From Paludibacteraceae bacterium (GTDB lineage Bacteria > Bacteroidota > Bacteroidia > Bacteroidales > Paludibacteraceae): a stretch of 64,000 nucleotides of DNA. The position numbers and the translations under genes are program-made. Numbering within the stretch: position 1 is the stretch's first letter; each line of letters opens with the position of its first letter. Shown piece after piece: positions 39,001 through 46,875 of this stretch. The notes beneath the pieces are model-generated. The model was not told the origin of the DNA. It did not search any database and saw only the letters and a program-made list of their open reading frames with translations. The DNA lies in NCBI GenBank assembly GCA_024400125.1, contig JAKSNG010000004.1:20510-84509 (forward strand). The letters run 5' to 3'.

Positions 39001-42000
39001 AATTCACCATTGCTCAATGCCAAGTTCTCTAATTCTACATCGGCATAGGGTGCAATCACAAAAGTGACCGTATAGACTTGCGTAGTGCCATCTTCTGCTG
39101 ACACATGAATAGCGTACTTGTTAGGTTCAACTTGTCCGAAGAATGTCACCTCGCTCTCGTCTGCTTTCACAAAGGTGACAACTGGCAATTGGCTACCTGC
39201 TGGCAGGTCTATCGTATAATGGAGTTGTTCTGTCGAGAAGTTCGCAAGAGACACATTGTCTAACAAAATAGCTGCTAACGTGGCTTGATTATTCAAATCA
39301 CGCGTACAAGTAATTTCATACACTCCGTGTTTTTCGCCTGCGGTTACATAAAGGGACACTTTTTCACCGCTGGTCAACATCTGCACACTCTGACCTTCGT
39401 TGGTTGCCCATGTTATCTCAGGTTTATTGCCCTGATAATGAATAGTATATTGATGTTGAGCAGGCACATAATTAGGCAGCTCTACCCCATCGGCATAGAT
39501 GTGTGGCAAATCCACTTCCGTTTGTGCAGCAGCCGAGAAATGTATCTGATAGGTATTGGCTACACCGAACTCTGGTGTTACCACGATTTGTGCTATACCA
39601 TACGATTGAGGAGAAGCAATGACTACTTGTTGCCCAGCAGCTTCATCTACCGTGATACGTGGGCAAGTAGAAGTTGTTAAAACGACCTCGTATGTTAAGT
39701 TCGTTTTCTCGAAACCTGCCAAAGGTTCACCATCCAAGTAAATCATTTCCAAGAATGCGTTCTCGGATTTCTGAATCACGAAGAGGATTTCGTATGTCTG
39801 CTTGTCACCATTCTCAGCAGTAACAGTAATCTTTTGCGTGGTATTATCTAACATGCTCAGCACGCGCTGAACTTCTTCCGACTTGACGTAGGTCACTGTA
39901 GGAATAGTGCTCACACCTGCGGGCAATGTATCTACATAGTTAAATGAGTCTGGACGGAAATTAGGAATAGGCACATTATCAATCAAGATAGATTGCAGCG
40001 TCGTATTGGACGATGTAGCTACCAAGAAAGTAATCTGATAAGTCTTGCTCGCACCTGTCTGTGGACGCACCGTAATCTTGTAATCACCATTGAGACCGCC
40101 GCTGCGAACTGTGATAGTTTGATATTCACCTTCGTCGTATGTAACCTCTGGCAATTGTGTTGTTCCCTTCGGCAGGTTCACCACGTAGTTAGTTTGCTCT
40201 GGGTCAAAACCAGCCAAAGGTTCACCATCCAAGTAAATCATTCGCAGCGAGTTATCGGTTGATGTCGTCACCGAGAACGCAATGGTATAGATAGTGGTAT
40301 TACCATTTTGTGCCGTGACAGAGATACGTGTTACACCATTGATTCCTCCATACAGGATATTGACTTCTTCGTTCTCATCACCCTTAACTACCTCAATGGT
40401 AGGCATTTGTGTAATACCGATAGGCAAGTTATAGGTGTAATTATAAGTACCTTTGTCAAAGCTTTCTAATGATTCGCCATCGATAAGTATATCGTCTAAC
40501 AGCGAGTATTCGGATTTAGCGGTTGTCACTACCAGTTTATAGACCGTCACATCCCCGCTGGCAGCAGTTACAGTGACACGAGTTGTACCGTCCAAGCCGC
40601 CTTCTACTATTTCGACCGTCTGATAGGGGTCGCCACGTTCGTAACTGATAGTGGGCAATTTCTTTGTTCCCAACGGCAGATTGATGTAGTAAATCAGTTG
40701 CGTCGGTGAGAAGTCTTGGATATAATTGACGCCATCATCTCCCATGGACAATGCATTGAGATAGGAGTATGTGGACGCCTCTAATTTGAAGGTCAGTTTG
40801 TAGGTCTTAGGTGTGGTATTACCTGGTGTTGATACGGCTATTTGGTAGGTGCCGCCATCGATTTGGTCAGGTGCTGTGTATCGAATCGTTTGTGCACCTG
40901 CTGGATAAGCCGAAACGGCTTTGACGGTAGGCATAGTGGTTGTACTCAATGGCAACGAGACCTTGTACATCGTCAGCGTTGGGGTGAAACCAGGCACGGA
41001 TTCTCCATTGACTAATATACCTTGCAGCGTATTGTCTGCGAGCGGAGCCACAGAGAAGTTCAACTTATACTCTTTGGTATTTGTTTTGTTGGCTGCGGTC
41101 ACTTTAATAGTAGCGGTTCCGTTGACGGAAGTAGGTTGTGTGATGTTCACCGTCTGTGCATCTTCCTGCGGAGTCACTGTGACTACGGGGGCAGTGGTGG
41201 TGCCGTATGGCAGAGCTACGTCGTAGGTTGTTTTAGTTGGACGGAAATCGCTTATTTCGTTTCCGTTCACTTGAATGCCTGCTAAGTTAGCGTTAGATGA
41301 TGCTGCGCGCACGAACTTTATCTTATACACGTGCGTACTTGAGCCATCTTCTGCTTTTACGGTGATAGTGGTTGGTGCACCATCTATCTGTCCTTCCACA
41401 ATGCTGATTTCGCTACCAGTTAATGTACGGCCGATGAATGAGGCAGTCTGATTGCGTGCATTAATCAATGTACCTTTACCTCTCTTGGCTACTATAGTTG
41501 GCATCGTGGTGGCGTTTTCGCCCAACGAATAGGTCTGTTCCTCGCTGGAATTGGGGTCAAAACCTTTCCACTCTTTGCCGCCAATCTCTAATACCTGAAT
41601 CGTGGATGCATAAATCAATTCTACATCATCAACATAGAGTTCATTGCCTTTGTATAAACCACTATTGGCGCGGAAGTTGGGATAGTTAGAAGCCGAGAAC
41701 AGCATGTTACACATAGCAGGTTTGGTGTCGTTCATATAGTAGATAGGCACTTTTATCTGCGTCCAGTTATCATATTTGGCGCGTGCACGATACCAGCCTT
41801 CTGCCACTTGGGTGGCGTTTTTAGTGGTCTTACACTCGTTGGCATCCAATGCGATACGAATATCACTCTCCTCATTGGTGTGCGTGGTGGAGGAGCAGCT
41901 ACCGTCTTTCGCTTTGTATGAAGTACCTTCTGAGGTGCCGGTCCATGAGTAGTACAGGATATGAAAATCTTCCGAATCGGTATTGTTACCGGTACGTTTA

Positions 42001-42383
42001 ATCCATACACTCACACTATCCGGACGATAGGTAAATTTGATACCACCTTCCACACCAGCAGTAGCGGAACTCACGTCAATACCGTCCAAGTACTGCCAAG
42101 CGTTTCCTAAACTGAAATAGCCAGGTCCCACTTCGGTGATACCTAATGCGCCGACCTCTTTGTCTGCTACGTAGGCGCAGTAGCCTGTGCGACCAGGTTT
42201 TTGATACAGGAACGTGAACTTAAATCCCACTTGGGTCACGTTACTACCATGCCAGTCTTTGGGCTGCTTGTCTCCGTTGTACTCCGAAGACCAGTTCTCA
42301 AAATGATTGTCTGGCAACTGTTGTGCCCGCAACATACTCATCGTCAATATACTGACGATTGAAAGAAGAAATAATTTTTTCAT
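33039..42383 (-). CDS. giant (3114 aa) T9SS-type surface protein: 2 x [globular PCMD-like domain + about 15 cadherin-like beta-sandwich repeats] + C-terminal sorting domain
   Basis: An uninterrupted 9.3-kb ORF with an ATG start and signal peptide. About 30 repeats of 80-90 aa follow the pattern N..L..I.vdG..l..F.p....Y.v.lP.g....P.v....... .i.VTAEDG.t..Y.i.F. The C-terminus has the ALYDQQGHLV and IYFYGFYAGGK...KLIIVP motifs of a type A CTD. Confidence 0.85.
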   Translation of the reverse strand: MKKLFLLSIVSILTMSMLRAQQLPDNHFENWSSEYNGDKQPKDWHGSNVTQVGFKFTFLYQKPGRTGYCAYVADKEVGALGITEVGPGYFSLGNAWQYLDGIDVSSATAGVEGGIKFTYRPDSVSVWIKRTGNNTDSEDFHILYYSWTGTSEGTSYKAKDGSCSSTTHTNEESDIRIALDANECKTTKNATQVAEGWYRARAKYDNWTQIKVPIYYMNDTKPAMCNMLFSASNYPNFRANSGLYKGNELYVDDVELIYASTIQVLEIGGKEWKGFDPNSSEEQTYSLGENATTMPTIVAKRGKGTLINARNQTASFIGRTLTGSEISIVEGQIDGAPTTITVKAEDGSSTHVYKIKFVRAASSNANLAGIQVNGNEISDFRPTKTTYDVALPYGTTTAPVVTVTPQEDAQTVNITQPTSVNGTATIKVTAANKTNTKEYKLNFSVAPLADNTLQGILVNGESVPGFTPTLTMYKVSLPLSTTTMPTVKAVSAYPAGAQTIRYTAPDQIDGGTYQIAVSTPGNTTPKTYKLTFKLEASTYSYLNALSMGDDGVNYIQDFSPTQLIYYINLPLGTKKLPTISYERGDPYQTVEIVEGGLDGTTRVTVTAASGDVTVYKLVVTTAKSEYSLLDDILIDGESLESFDKGTYNYTYNLPIGITQMPTIEVVKGDENEEVNILYGGINGVTRISVTAQNGNTTIYTIAFSVTTSTDNSLRMIYLDGEPLAGFDPEQTNYVVNLPKGTTQLPEVTYDEGEYQTITVRSGGLNGDYKITVRPQTGASKTYQITFLVATSSNTTLQSILIDNVPIPNFRPDSFNYVDTLPAGVSTIPTVTYVKSEEVQRVLSMLDNTTQKITVTAENGDKQTYEILFVIQKSENAFLEMIYLDGEPLAGFEKTNLTYEVVLTTSTCPRITVDEAAGQQVVIASPQSYGIAQIVVTPEFGVANTYQIHFSAAAQTEVDLPHIYADGVELPNYVPAQHQYTIHYQGNKPEITWATNEGQSVQMLTSGEKVSLYVTAGEKHGVYEITCTRDLNNQATLAAILLDNVSLANFSTEQLHYTIDLPAGSQLPVVTFVKADESEVTFFGQVEPNKYAIHVSAEDGTTQVYTVTFVIAPYADVELENLALSNGELTYNPEQTTYLIAISDGEQLPDVTVTAKPGQTTMLYQVSADEQQVQVTAEDGSTRTYAIKYTRTQSGNCLLQTILLDGEPLEGFDPAVHAYIDTLEWRTRVIPNIQAVGQLPNQTITTYFCAVNGTARIHVVADNGVFSDYQIEFPVRKSGNTALSSILIAEAEDFIYKPKQYTYLVHLPYGTTAAPMIDFETQDEQRVEYIAAPLNQESKLIVTAENGNQVTYSFTFEVLPSTLDNVLASILVNDEPLDLSSGATDFEVELPYGTSDMDVAYTKRFPEQTVAVTYGGVTLPTILTVYSNRPNEDSTVYTIKPNVIRYNPATLTGILVDDVEIEEFQPDRYSYVVPVTNIPSVTTMQVEGVEVQQKEKDDKHIVFTVRQGDYTNEYSVYYYFVNDQIPSDNFQSWSPTKYNSKQKPTGWMVPADCADSYSWTFLKTTTGQEVTALAGGGVHLSTWRDGDANAIYGSIPGIMTIGTLALTLKSSGNSTSSVSGGITYRNTPDQIFCEYRPTAASDMNNWRLWVELNDGSKGVQTLYSGSYATKNVWQTMIKDLNYSGLGLIKKMNITVNSAHSDNAKDLGGATKRTAELDIRNLRFLFNSTIASATIDGEAVAISGNAMSYNISNPEYSKLPELKIVGQKPDQSPLVTWGDEINGVRTASIRNYAEDGSYSNYSLTVTRVLSAVNTLSQVMVNGTLLPNFDANVTEYDYLVANGTRTLPDVYVIPTSHHARVSVRYEEQNAIIDVQAETGDTKTYIIHFVEKKSNSTKLTHIEATGVDFNPSIRDYNLTSKTMPAIKSFIKESDGQVVSWNEGVFTVTAEDGITKGLYRIIPDSTTSAQISSFEFNGIPESGLGGEQYAITRERPTLTAFVRADESDSVVYTQTKENMTWDVYGRKDAQHTYTLTYPTTLSDNAMLANILVDGVTIQDFNPQITDYKLYSDTAIALEVIGAESKQTIQISHPEEDVFTYNILVTAANGTATKTYKVQVSPVKSQVATLDGIYLNKVLIEGFRADSFDYVVTLPTPSIKVAEPQMPSLTYTVSDSKETVGLELGKLNVEPTYLTVRSADGMAEELYTVTVQSEPSHNADLTGIVVNGQPVERFEAGRHFYSVSVNDEEVAISWSSDDCFQEVTLIPSNSSEYTIHVVAQDGVTTEDYVVDVYVASLSNDVTLKNILLNGVEFKDFERALNNKLEFSPMKNQYDINLPSGTTVLPEVSATMQMDGQKVNIRHDGLNIYLDVTAKDGINTNTYALNFAVPLSSNANLSMIFCDGDSIDGFTPDYYYYLVTLPVGVHTLPEIVAQKGQNNQVVTEPVIEADKNRATIRVTAEDGRTTSTYVVVFEFERSTADTLFAIYEDGLLLPEFNPHIFNYKDTLAPGTTAFPDLSWDVADEWQQVDSTTVLRNENQLIRQINVTAEAGNTKAYTISYVILPSEVDTLQMLYVDNKPLANFNSHVMDYYYTLEATATSLPEVFYAQGDQFQTVYMSQVQETSSEELPDSVKAVNQKIEVVVQAQSGKTRVYTIHFSMKKSSDASLNMIMAKGVNLSGFVSEQLFYRGEPLNCKESVPVITWVKKHDAQKVELEIVSSENESDTVYIHVTAEDGKTSETYRLIYEPKSSDNFFLHNLLFSDGYFVPFDSLRQDYTIEIPYGVDTIPTVMPIASEDCQTILIGEVMELTENSKIQTITVFPYNNTMFYTYNITYVFKQKADANLSMIYFNDVPMMGFKSNEYDYEITWEDGTTIDQMYTLENIKVTLSDSLAHYTIHQDSAMTFTINVQAQDTLIVNTYTILQVIGPSHDNYLKNIFLDEQPLRDFDPEKTFYTYYVPEGGLAPNVTAEAHHAKAEVTVKMAQVGDTTLIYCTAEDGVDRIYYILFTNTTLNESQTATTDDVLIKRLYGGYQILVASLRKEVDFALYDQQGHLVEYIQNMPTCSQNDAVIQTYANGRDILTDVVDAQSGVIIDVNPNQIYFYGFYAGGKQNILSGKLIIVP

Positions 42384-42443
42384 TATCGTTTATATTTTAT
42401 ACTTTCACTTTTTGACTTGTGTTAATCTATTCAAAAAACGCGA

Positions 42444-42451
42444 CAAAAGTA
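42444..42451 (-). promoter_or_regulatory. -7 promoter element of the giant gene
   Basis: The minus strand reads TACTTTTG followed by TCGCG, about 60 nt upstream of the ATG at 42383. Confidence 0.55.
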
Positions 42452-42571
42452 CACTTTTTTATTAACGTACGCAATAGCACACTTTACGAAAAAAAGTACT
42501 ATTTTTAATCTAACTCTCTAAATCAAGCAGTTACAACGGCTAAAAAGTTTACGATTTTTATGATTTTATAC

Positions 42572-42611
42572 AAATAAAAGCGAAAGAAGAGTGCATTTGT
42601 GTGCACTCTTC
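42572..42611 (-). terminator. intrinsic terminator of the 551-aa gene
   Basis: GAAGAGTGCA (42586-42595) pairs with TGCACTCTTC (42602-42611). On the minus strand it is followed by TTTCGCTTTTATTTG. Confidence 0.75.
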
Positions 42612-42664
42612 TCTACTCTTACCTTAGTCTTGTCAACTTTTTTGTGTACTTCGGTATGGTAACC

Positions 42665-44320
42665 TTATTTGACCTCTTGCCCTACAGCGTTGTAGGTCTT
42701 GTTGTTCTTACGGATAAAGAGTTGACCGTTGTGGAGGAACTTGTTGGCATTTTTGTTGGCGTAGATATTCATTACGTCTGAGCCATTAGCGGTGACAGTG
42801 AACTTCACTTGTTTGTCATAAGAGTTCAGCCCTTCAAAAGACATGGAACCATCTTCATTAACGGTCATCATACCGCTTTGGATATACCACGCCCCAACAG
42901 CATTTTCTATGTAAGACGGAAGCGCGCCCTCTTCCATGACCCAATCACCTCCCGGTACAATACCGGTATATATATCAGGAACGATGGTACTGTCTTCACG
43001 GAAATTGGCTAAAAAGGCGAATTTTATGTGATCACCAGTTATACTACTCTCTGCATGGAATATACAAGTATCACCCTGATTTTTTCTGTACGATATATCC
43101 TCTGCCATAAATGAACCCTCATAATCTATCTTGGCATCCCCGATGATAGCGTCTTCGTATCCAGTTGCGTGAATGATATATAGTATGGAGTCATTGGCAA
43201 TGAATCGCGCTTCCATTTGCATATCCTTGCCTTGTTGCTCAACAGTACATTGCTCAAAGTCAACTATACTTCGATAGAACCCATCGCGCGCTTGAATCAT
43301 ACTGCTCGGCAGGCATATCTCTTTTGAGAAGTCTCCACTAATATCCCTCGTCCGAACGAGGAATATTGCGAATGGCCTTGCTTGCTCAAAGATTTGGCAT
43401 GTATAGAATTGTGGTCTAAGCGGATCAACAGCCATCGCAAATTCTGCATCCTCCTCAATAATAATCGAGTCAATCGGTTCTACATGATGATGCGTAACAG
43501 TCATGTGGCAGGAACGGTTATAGGAGTTCTTGGTATTGATTTCCACATTCATTTTGTCGTATTCATTATACTGGATAGTGATACTACCTTCAGTCATGAA
43601 GAAGAAATCACGTATCACACCTGTTAATGTATCCATCGTACCGGCATAGCAAGGTTGGGGGTCAAAACGCTCTACACCTGTAGATAAATGCGCTGTACCT
43701 GCTTCGTGAGTAGTTGACAAGGGGTACGTGCCTTCTGGAATATCAGTTGCTTGAGGATCAATGTAAAGTTCCAAAGTTACCGTTGTTTCCTTATTGTCAA
43801 TCTCAATGGTTGCTAAGCCATTCTCCACATAACTAAACATTTGATAATACTCATACTCTTGCTCCATATCCATATCGGTATCGGCATTAAGGGCTTCGGT
43901 CAGATGGGTGCAATGGAAAAGATAGACTTTGCCATCGTCTCCCTTAAATTCACCATCTAAGACGATGCTATCGCCTATTTCGGCAACAATCATTTTACCC
44001 TCTATAAAAGTGACATTCACCGTATCTTTACGAGTAATAAACTCTACGATATTGTAATTCCCTACCGTGTCAATGGTATGATTTTCAAATGAGAACGTGC
44101 CAAATTTATCGGTTGTGTTAGTACGGATAAAAGTGTACATTTCTCCATCGTCGTGGGAGTTGTACGACCATCCTGTCACTTGCATTGTTGCGATATTATA
44201 TACCTCATCAATGATGAGAATGTCGTTGAAGATACGCACCGTGTCTTGTTGGGTCGATTCCTGTGCCCAAAGTCCCACACTCAGCGTCAGGAGGGCAAAT
44301 AAAATAGCTAATTTACGCAT
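42665..44320 (-). CDS. hypothetical secreted protein carrying the nuclease-type short C-terminal tail
   Basis: 551 aa with signal peptide MRKLAILFALLTLSVGLWAQ. No domain recognised. It ends ...HNGQLFIRKNNKTYNAVGQEVK. Confidence 0.65.
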   Translation of the reverse strand: MRKLAILFALLTLSVGLWAQESTQQDTVRIFNDILIIDEVYNIATMQVTGWSYNSHDDGEMYTFIRTNTTDKFGTFSFENHTIDTVGNYNIVEFITRKDTVNVTFIEGKMIVAEIGDSIVLDGEFKGDDGKVYLFHCTHLTEALNADTDMDMEQEYEYYQMFSYVENGLATIEIDNKETTVTLELYIDPQATDIPEGTYPLSTTHEAGTAHLSTGVERFDPQPCYAGTMDTLTGVIRDFFFMTEGSITIQYNEYDKMNVEINTKNSYNRSCHMTVTHHHVEPIDSIIIEEDAEFAMAVDPLRPQFYTCQIFEQARPFAIFLVRTRDISGDFSKEICLPSSMIQARDGFYRSIVDFEQCTVEQQGKDMQMEARFIANDSILYIIHATGYEDAIIGDAKIDYEGSFMAEDISYRKNQGDTCIFHAESSITGDHIKFAFLANFREDSTIVPDIYTGIVPGGDWVMEEGALPSYIENAVGAWYIQSGMMTVNEDGSMSFEGLNSYDKQVKFTVTANGSDVMNIYANKNANKFLHNGQLFIRKNNKTYNAVGQEVK

Positions 44321-44350
44321 AATATTTGTTGTTTAAGACTTTTGCGAGCG

Positions 44351-44382
44351 CAAAAGTACAACTTTTTTCTGACATATGCAAA
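44351..44382 (-). promoter_or_regulatory. promoter of the 551-aa gene
   Basis: The minus strand reads TTTG (44379-44382), a 20-nt spacer, then TACTTTTG (44351-44358). The -7 box lies inside a 20-bp perfect palindrome. Confidence 0.65.
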
Positions 44383-44397
44383 TAAATTTGTAAAATA

Positions 44398-44429
44398 TTT
44401 GCACATCTCATTTATTTTTATTACTTTTG
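44398..44429 (+). promoter_or_regulatory. promoter of the PagL-like gene
   Basis: TTTG 44398-44401, a 20-nt spacer, then TACTTTTG 44422-44429. Confidence 0.65.
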
Positions 44430-44505
44430 CAACCAGTTTTTCGAGATGTCACAAACAAAATGAAAAAATAACAACCACAAGTTAGTTATATAGCAAGCTG
44501 AAAGG

Positions 44506-45894
44506 ATGACTATGACTCAAAAGAAGATATGGATAATGCTGTGTGCACTATGTCTGCACACATATATGTACGGTGCACAAGACAGTAGTCGTGTGCAGTT
44601 GTCATACCGTTTGTCAGGCGTTGCCGGAGCAATGATGTTGGACGACAAAGTAGACCCTTGGATAGGCAAAACGAATTACTTCATTGGACAAAAACCGCTA
44701 TCCGGTGCCGAGTTCGCTGTTGAGTTCCAACCAACAGGCAGATGGTCAAGTATGCAGGAATGGAACAATAGTTCGGTAGGTATTGGTGCAACCTACATCC
44801 ACCTCGGCGGCAGCCCTATGTTGGGCGACGCATTTGCCATACACGCTTATCTGAATCAGCCTTTCTATCGCGCTAAACACTTTGCGATAGGACTACGTCC
44901 AACAGTCGGTGTAGCGTTCTGCACCAAGACCTACCAAAACACCTTTCCATACGACAACCCACACGGATGGCAAGTGTATCAAGTAGCCAAAGACGGCAAT
45001 GGCGATTATATATGTAACTGGTCTATCGGTAGCGTAGTAAATGCGTACTTGGCAGTGGATTTATTTATGGACTTTCCTATTCAGCGCGGCTTTGACATCA
45101 CCTGTTCGTTCGGATGGCATCATATATCAAACGGCAGCGTCAAGCACCCAAACAGCGGTTACAACATGTTCCTCGGCGAGATAGGTTTGCGTTACACTCC
45201 TGGTCAAGATGCGGTTTGGTGCAAGCACCACGACCGTACACTCTATGAGTACCCAGAGACACACGTGCCCAAGAAACTATATGACGGTGTGAGCAAGAAA
45301 TGGGATGTGGAGATGAGTATCACCGGCGGCGTCAAACAGAACTACTACCGCGACAACTACCCCAAAATGCAGTACTTTGCGGCAGCAACCTTTGGTATAG
45401 CCGCTCATTGGATACCCGTGTCCATCTTCAAGATTGGTGGTGGTTTTGACCTATTCTTCGACGATTACTATCGGTGCGTGAATAGTGACTTCGCCACCGC
45501 TAACCCCGATGCACGTGTCACATACTTCGGCAAGACCTACCTCAAAGAGAGCAACATAGCCAACTGCTTCCGCGTAGGTTTCAGTGTGCAACCGACCTTC
45601 GTCATCGGCAAACTGAGTGCCGGCATACATGTGGGATTTTACCTATATGACCCTGTTAAGAATTTAGAGCCCTACGGTGATGCATACAAAGCCGACCAAG
45701 CAGGCACCCCACTCGACCGAGGTATATTCTACACATACGACTTCAGCAAAGCGAGCAACTATCAAGACGGCTGGTGCTATACGCAGTTCATACTCAAATA
45801 CCGCGTATTGGAGCACTTATTTGTACAAGTCGGACTGAAAACACACGGCGTACGTGCAGAGTTTATCGACGCTGGATTGGGCGTGAGTCTATAA
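44506..45894 (+). CDS. acyloxyacyl hydrolase / lipid A deacylase (PagL)-like outer-membrane protein (tentative)
   Basis: Signal peptide, beta-barrel-like composition, and a WHHISNG motif resembling the His-x-Ser catalytic motif of PagL-family deacylases. At 462 aa it is much longer than classical PagL. Confidence 0.45.
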   Translation: MTMTQKKIWIMLCALCLHTYMYGAQDSSRVQLSYRLSGVAGAMMLDDKVDPWIGKTNYFIGQKPLSGAEFAVEFQPTGRWSSMQEWNNSSVGIGATYIHLGGSPMLGDAFAIHAYLNQPFYRAKHFAIGLRPTVGVAFCTKTYQNTFPYDNPHGWQVYQVAKDGNGDYICNWSIGSVVNAYLAVDLFMDFPIQRGFDITCSFGWHHISNGSVKHPNSGYNMFLGEIGLRYTPGQDAVWCKHHDRTLYEYPETHVPKKLYDGVSKKWDVEMSITGGVKQNYYRDNYPKMQYFAAATFGIAAHWIPVSIFKIGGGFDLFFDDYYRCVNSDFATANPDARVTYFGKTYLKESNIANCFRVGFSVQPTFVIGKLSAGIHVGFYLYDPVKNLEPYGDAYKADQAGTPLDRGIFYTYDFSKASNYQDGWCYTQFILKYRVLEHLFVQVGLKTHGVRAEFIDAGLGVSL

Positions 45895-45898
45895 GCGA

Positions 45899-46864
45899 TT
45901 AGTCTAACATCTCGCCAAAGTTATTGGAGAGTTGAATCATCTGGTCATACTCCTCCGGCGAGAGGTCATAGAAATAGAAGTTACGAGGATCAATCGGTTT
46001 ATCTTGCAGACGCACTTCATAATGCAAGTGCGGTCCAGTTGATTTACCAGAATTACCCACCAAAGCAATGATGTCGCTGCGCTTGACTTTTTGCCCCTTA
46101 CGCACAAGTGCCTTATATAAGTGCGCATAGAGCGTCTTATAACCAAAGCCGTGGTCCACCATGACCGTGTTGCCATACCCTTGTTTCCAACCAACAAAGC
46201 ACACAACGCCATTACCAGTAGCGAAAATCTCCGTTCCAATCGGGGCAGTGAAGTCCATACCCGTATGCATACGACGAACATGATAGACAGGGTCAACACG
46301 CACACCATAACCAGATGCCACACGCTTGAGGTCTTTATTGAGGACAGGCTGAATAGCGGGAATGTTCTCCAAACGTTTCTCTTGATTCTTAGCCATATCC
46401 AGCAGTTCGTCATAAGACTTGGCTTGGACGTAGAGCTCTTTCTCCAGCAAATCGGTTTTAAGTGTCAAATCCGCCGCCAGTTGTGAATTCGTCATGTGTG
46501 CTATCTCTTCGTAGTACGAAATCTTATGTGTTGCACCCTGACGAACAGAGAGCGGAATAGGCTCAGCGCCAAACAACACACGATAGAGATTATCATCACG
46601 CTGCGCCATATCGGTCAGCACAACCTGCATTTGGTCAACTTGATTATTCAAGACCTGCAACTGTGCTTCGATATTACGCTTCTCCTGCTGCAACTGTTTC
46701 TCCTTTGGAGATGGGAAAAACATGAAGAAGAGGAAGAAGAAGATTACACCCATACATATTCCACCTAATAGATACCAACCACTGCGGCGTAACCAATAGG
46801 CAAAACCCTGCTCTACTCGCTCCATAGCGAGAGTGTCGGGATTAATATGATATTTCTTAGTCAT
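45899..46864 (-). CDS. M23 family metallopeptidase with N-terminal TM and coiled coil
   Basis: HTGMDF (HxxxD) and GPHLHYEV (HxH) motifs. The ATG at 46864 is preferred over the GTG at 46888, which overlaps ygiQ. Confidence 0.85.
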   Translation of the reverse strand: MTKKYHINPDTLAMERVEQGFAYWLRRSGWYLLGGICMGVIFFFLFFMFFPSPKEKQLQQEKRNIEAQLQVLNNQVDQMQVVLTDMAQRDDNLYRVLFGAEPIPLSVRQGATHKISYYEEIAHMTNSQLAADLTLKTDLLEKELYVQAKSYDELLDMAKNQEKRLENIPAIQPVLNKDLKRVASGYGVRVDPVYHVRRMHTGMDFTAPIGTEIFATGNGVVCFVGWKQGYGNTVMVDHGFGYKTLYAHLYKALVRKGQKVKRSDIIALVGNSGKSTGPHLHYEVRLQDKPIDPRNFYFYDLSPEEYDQMIQLSNNFGEMLD

Positions 46865-46875
46865 AGTTAAAGTTG

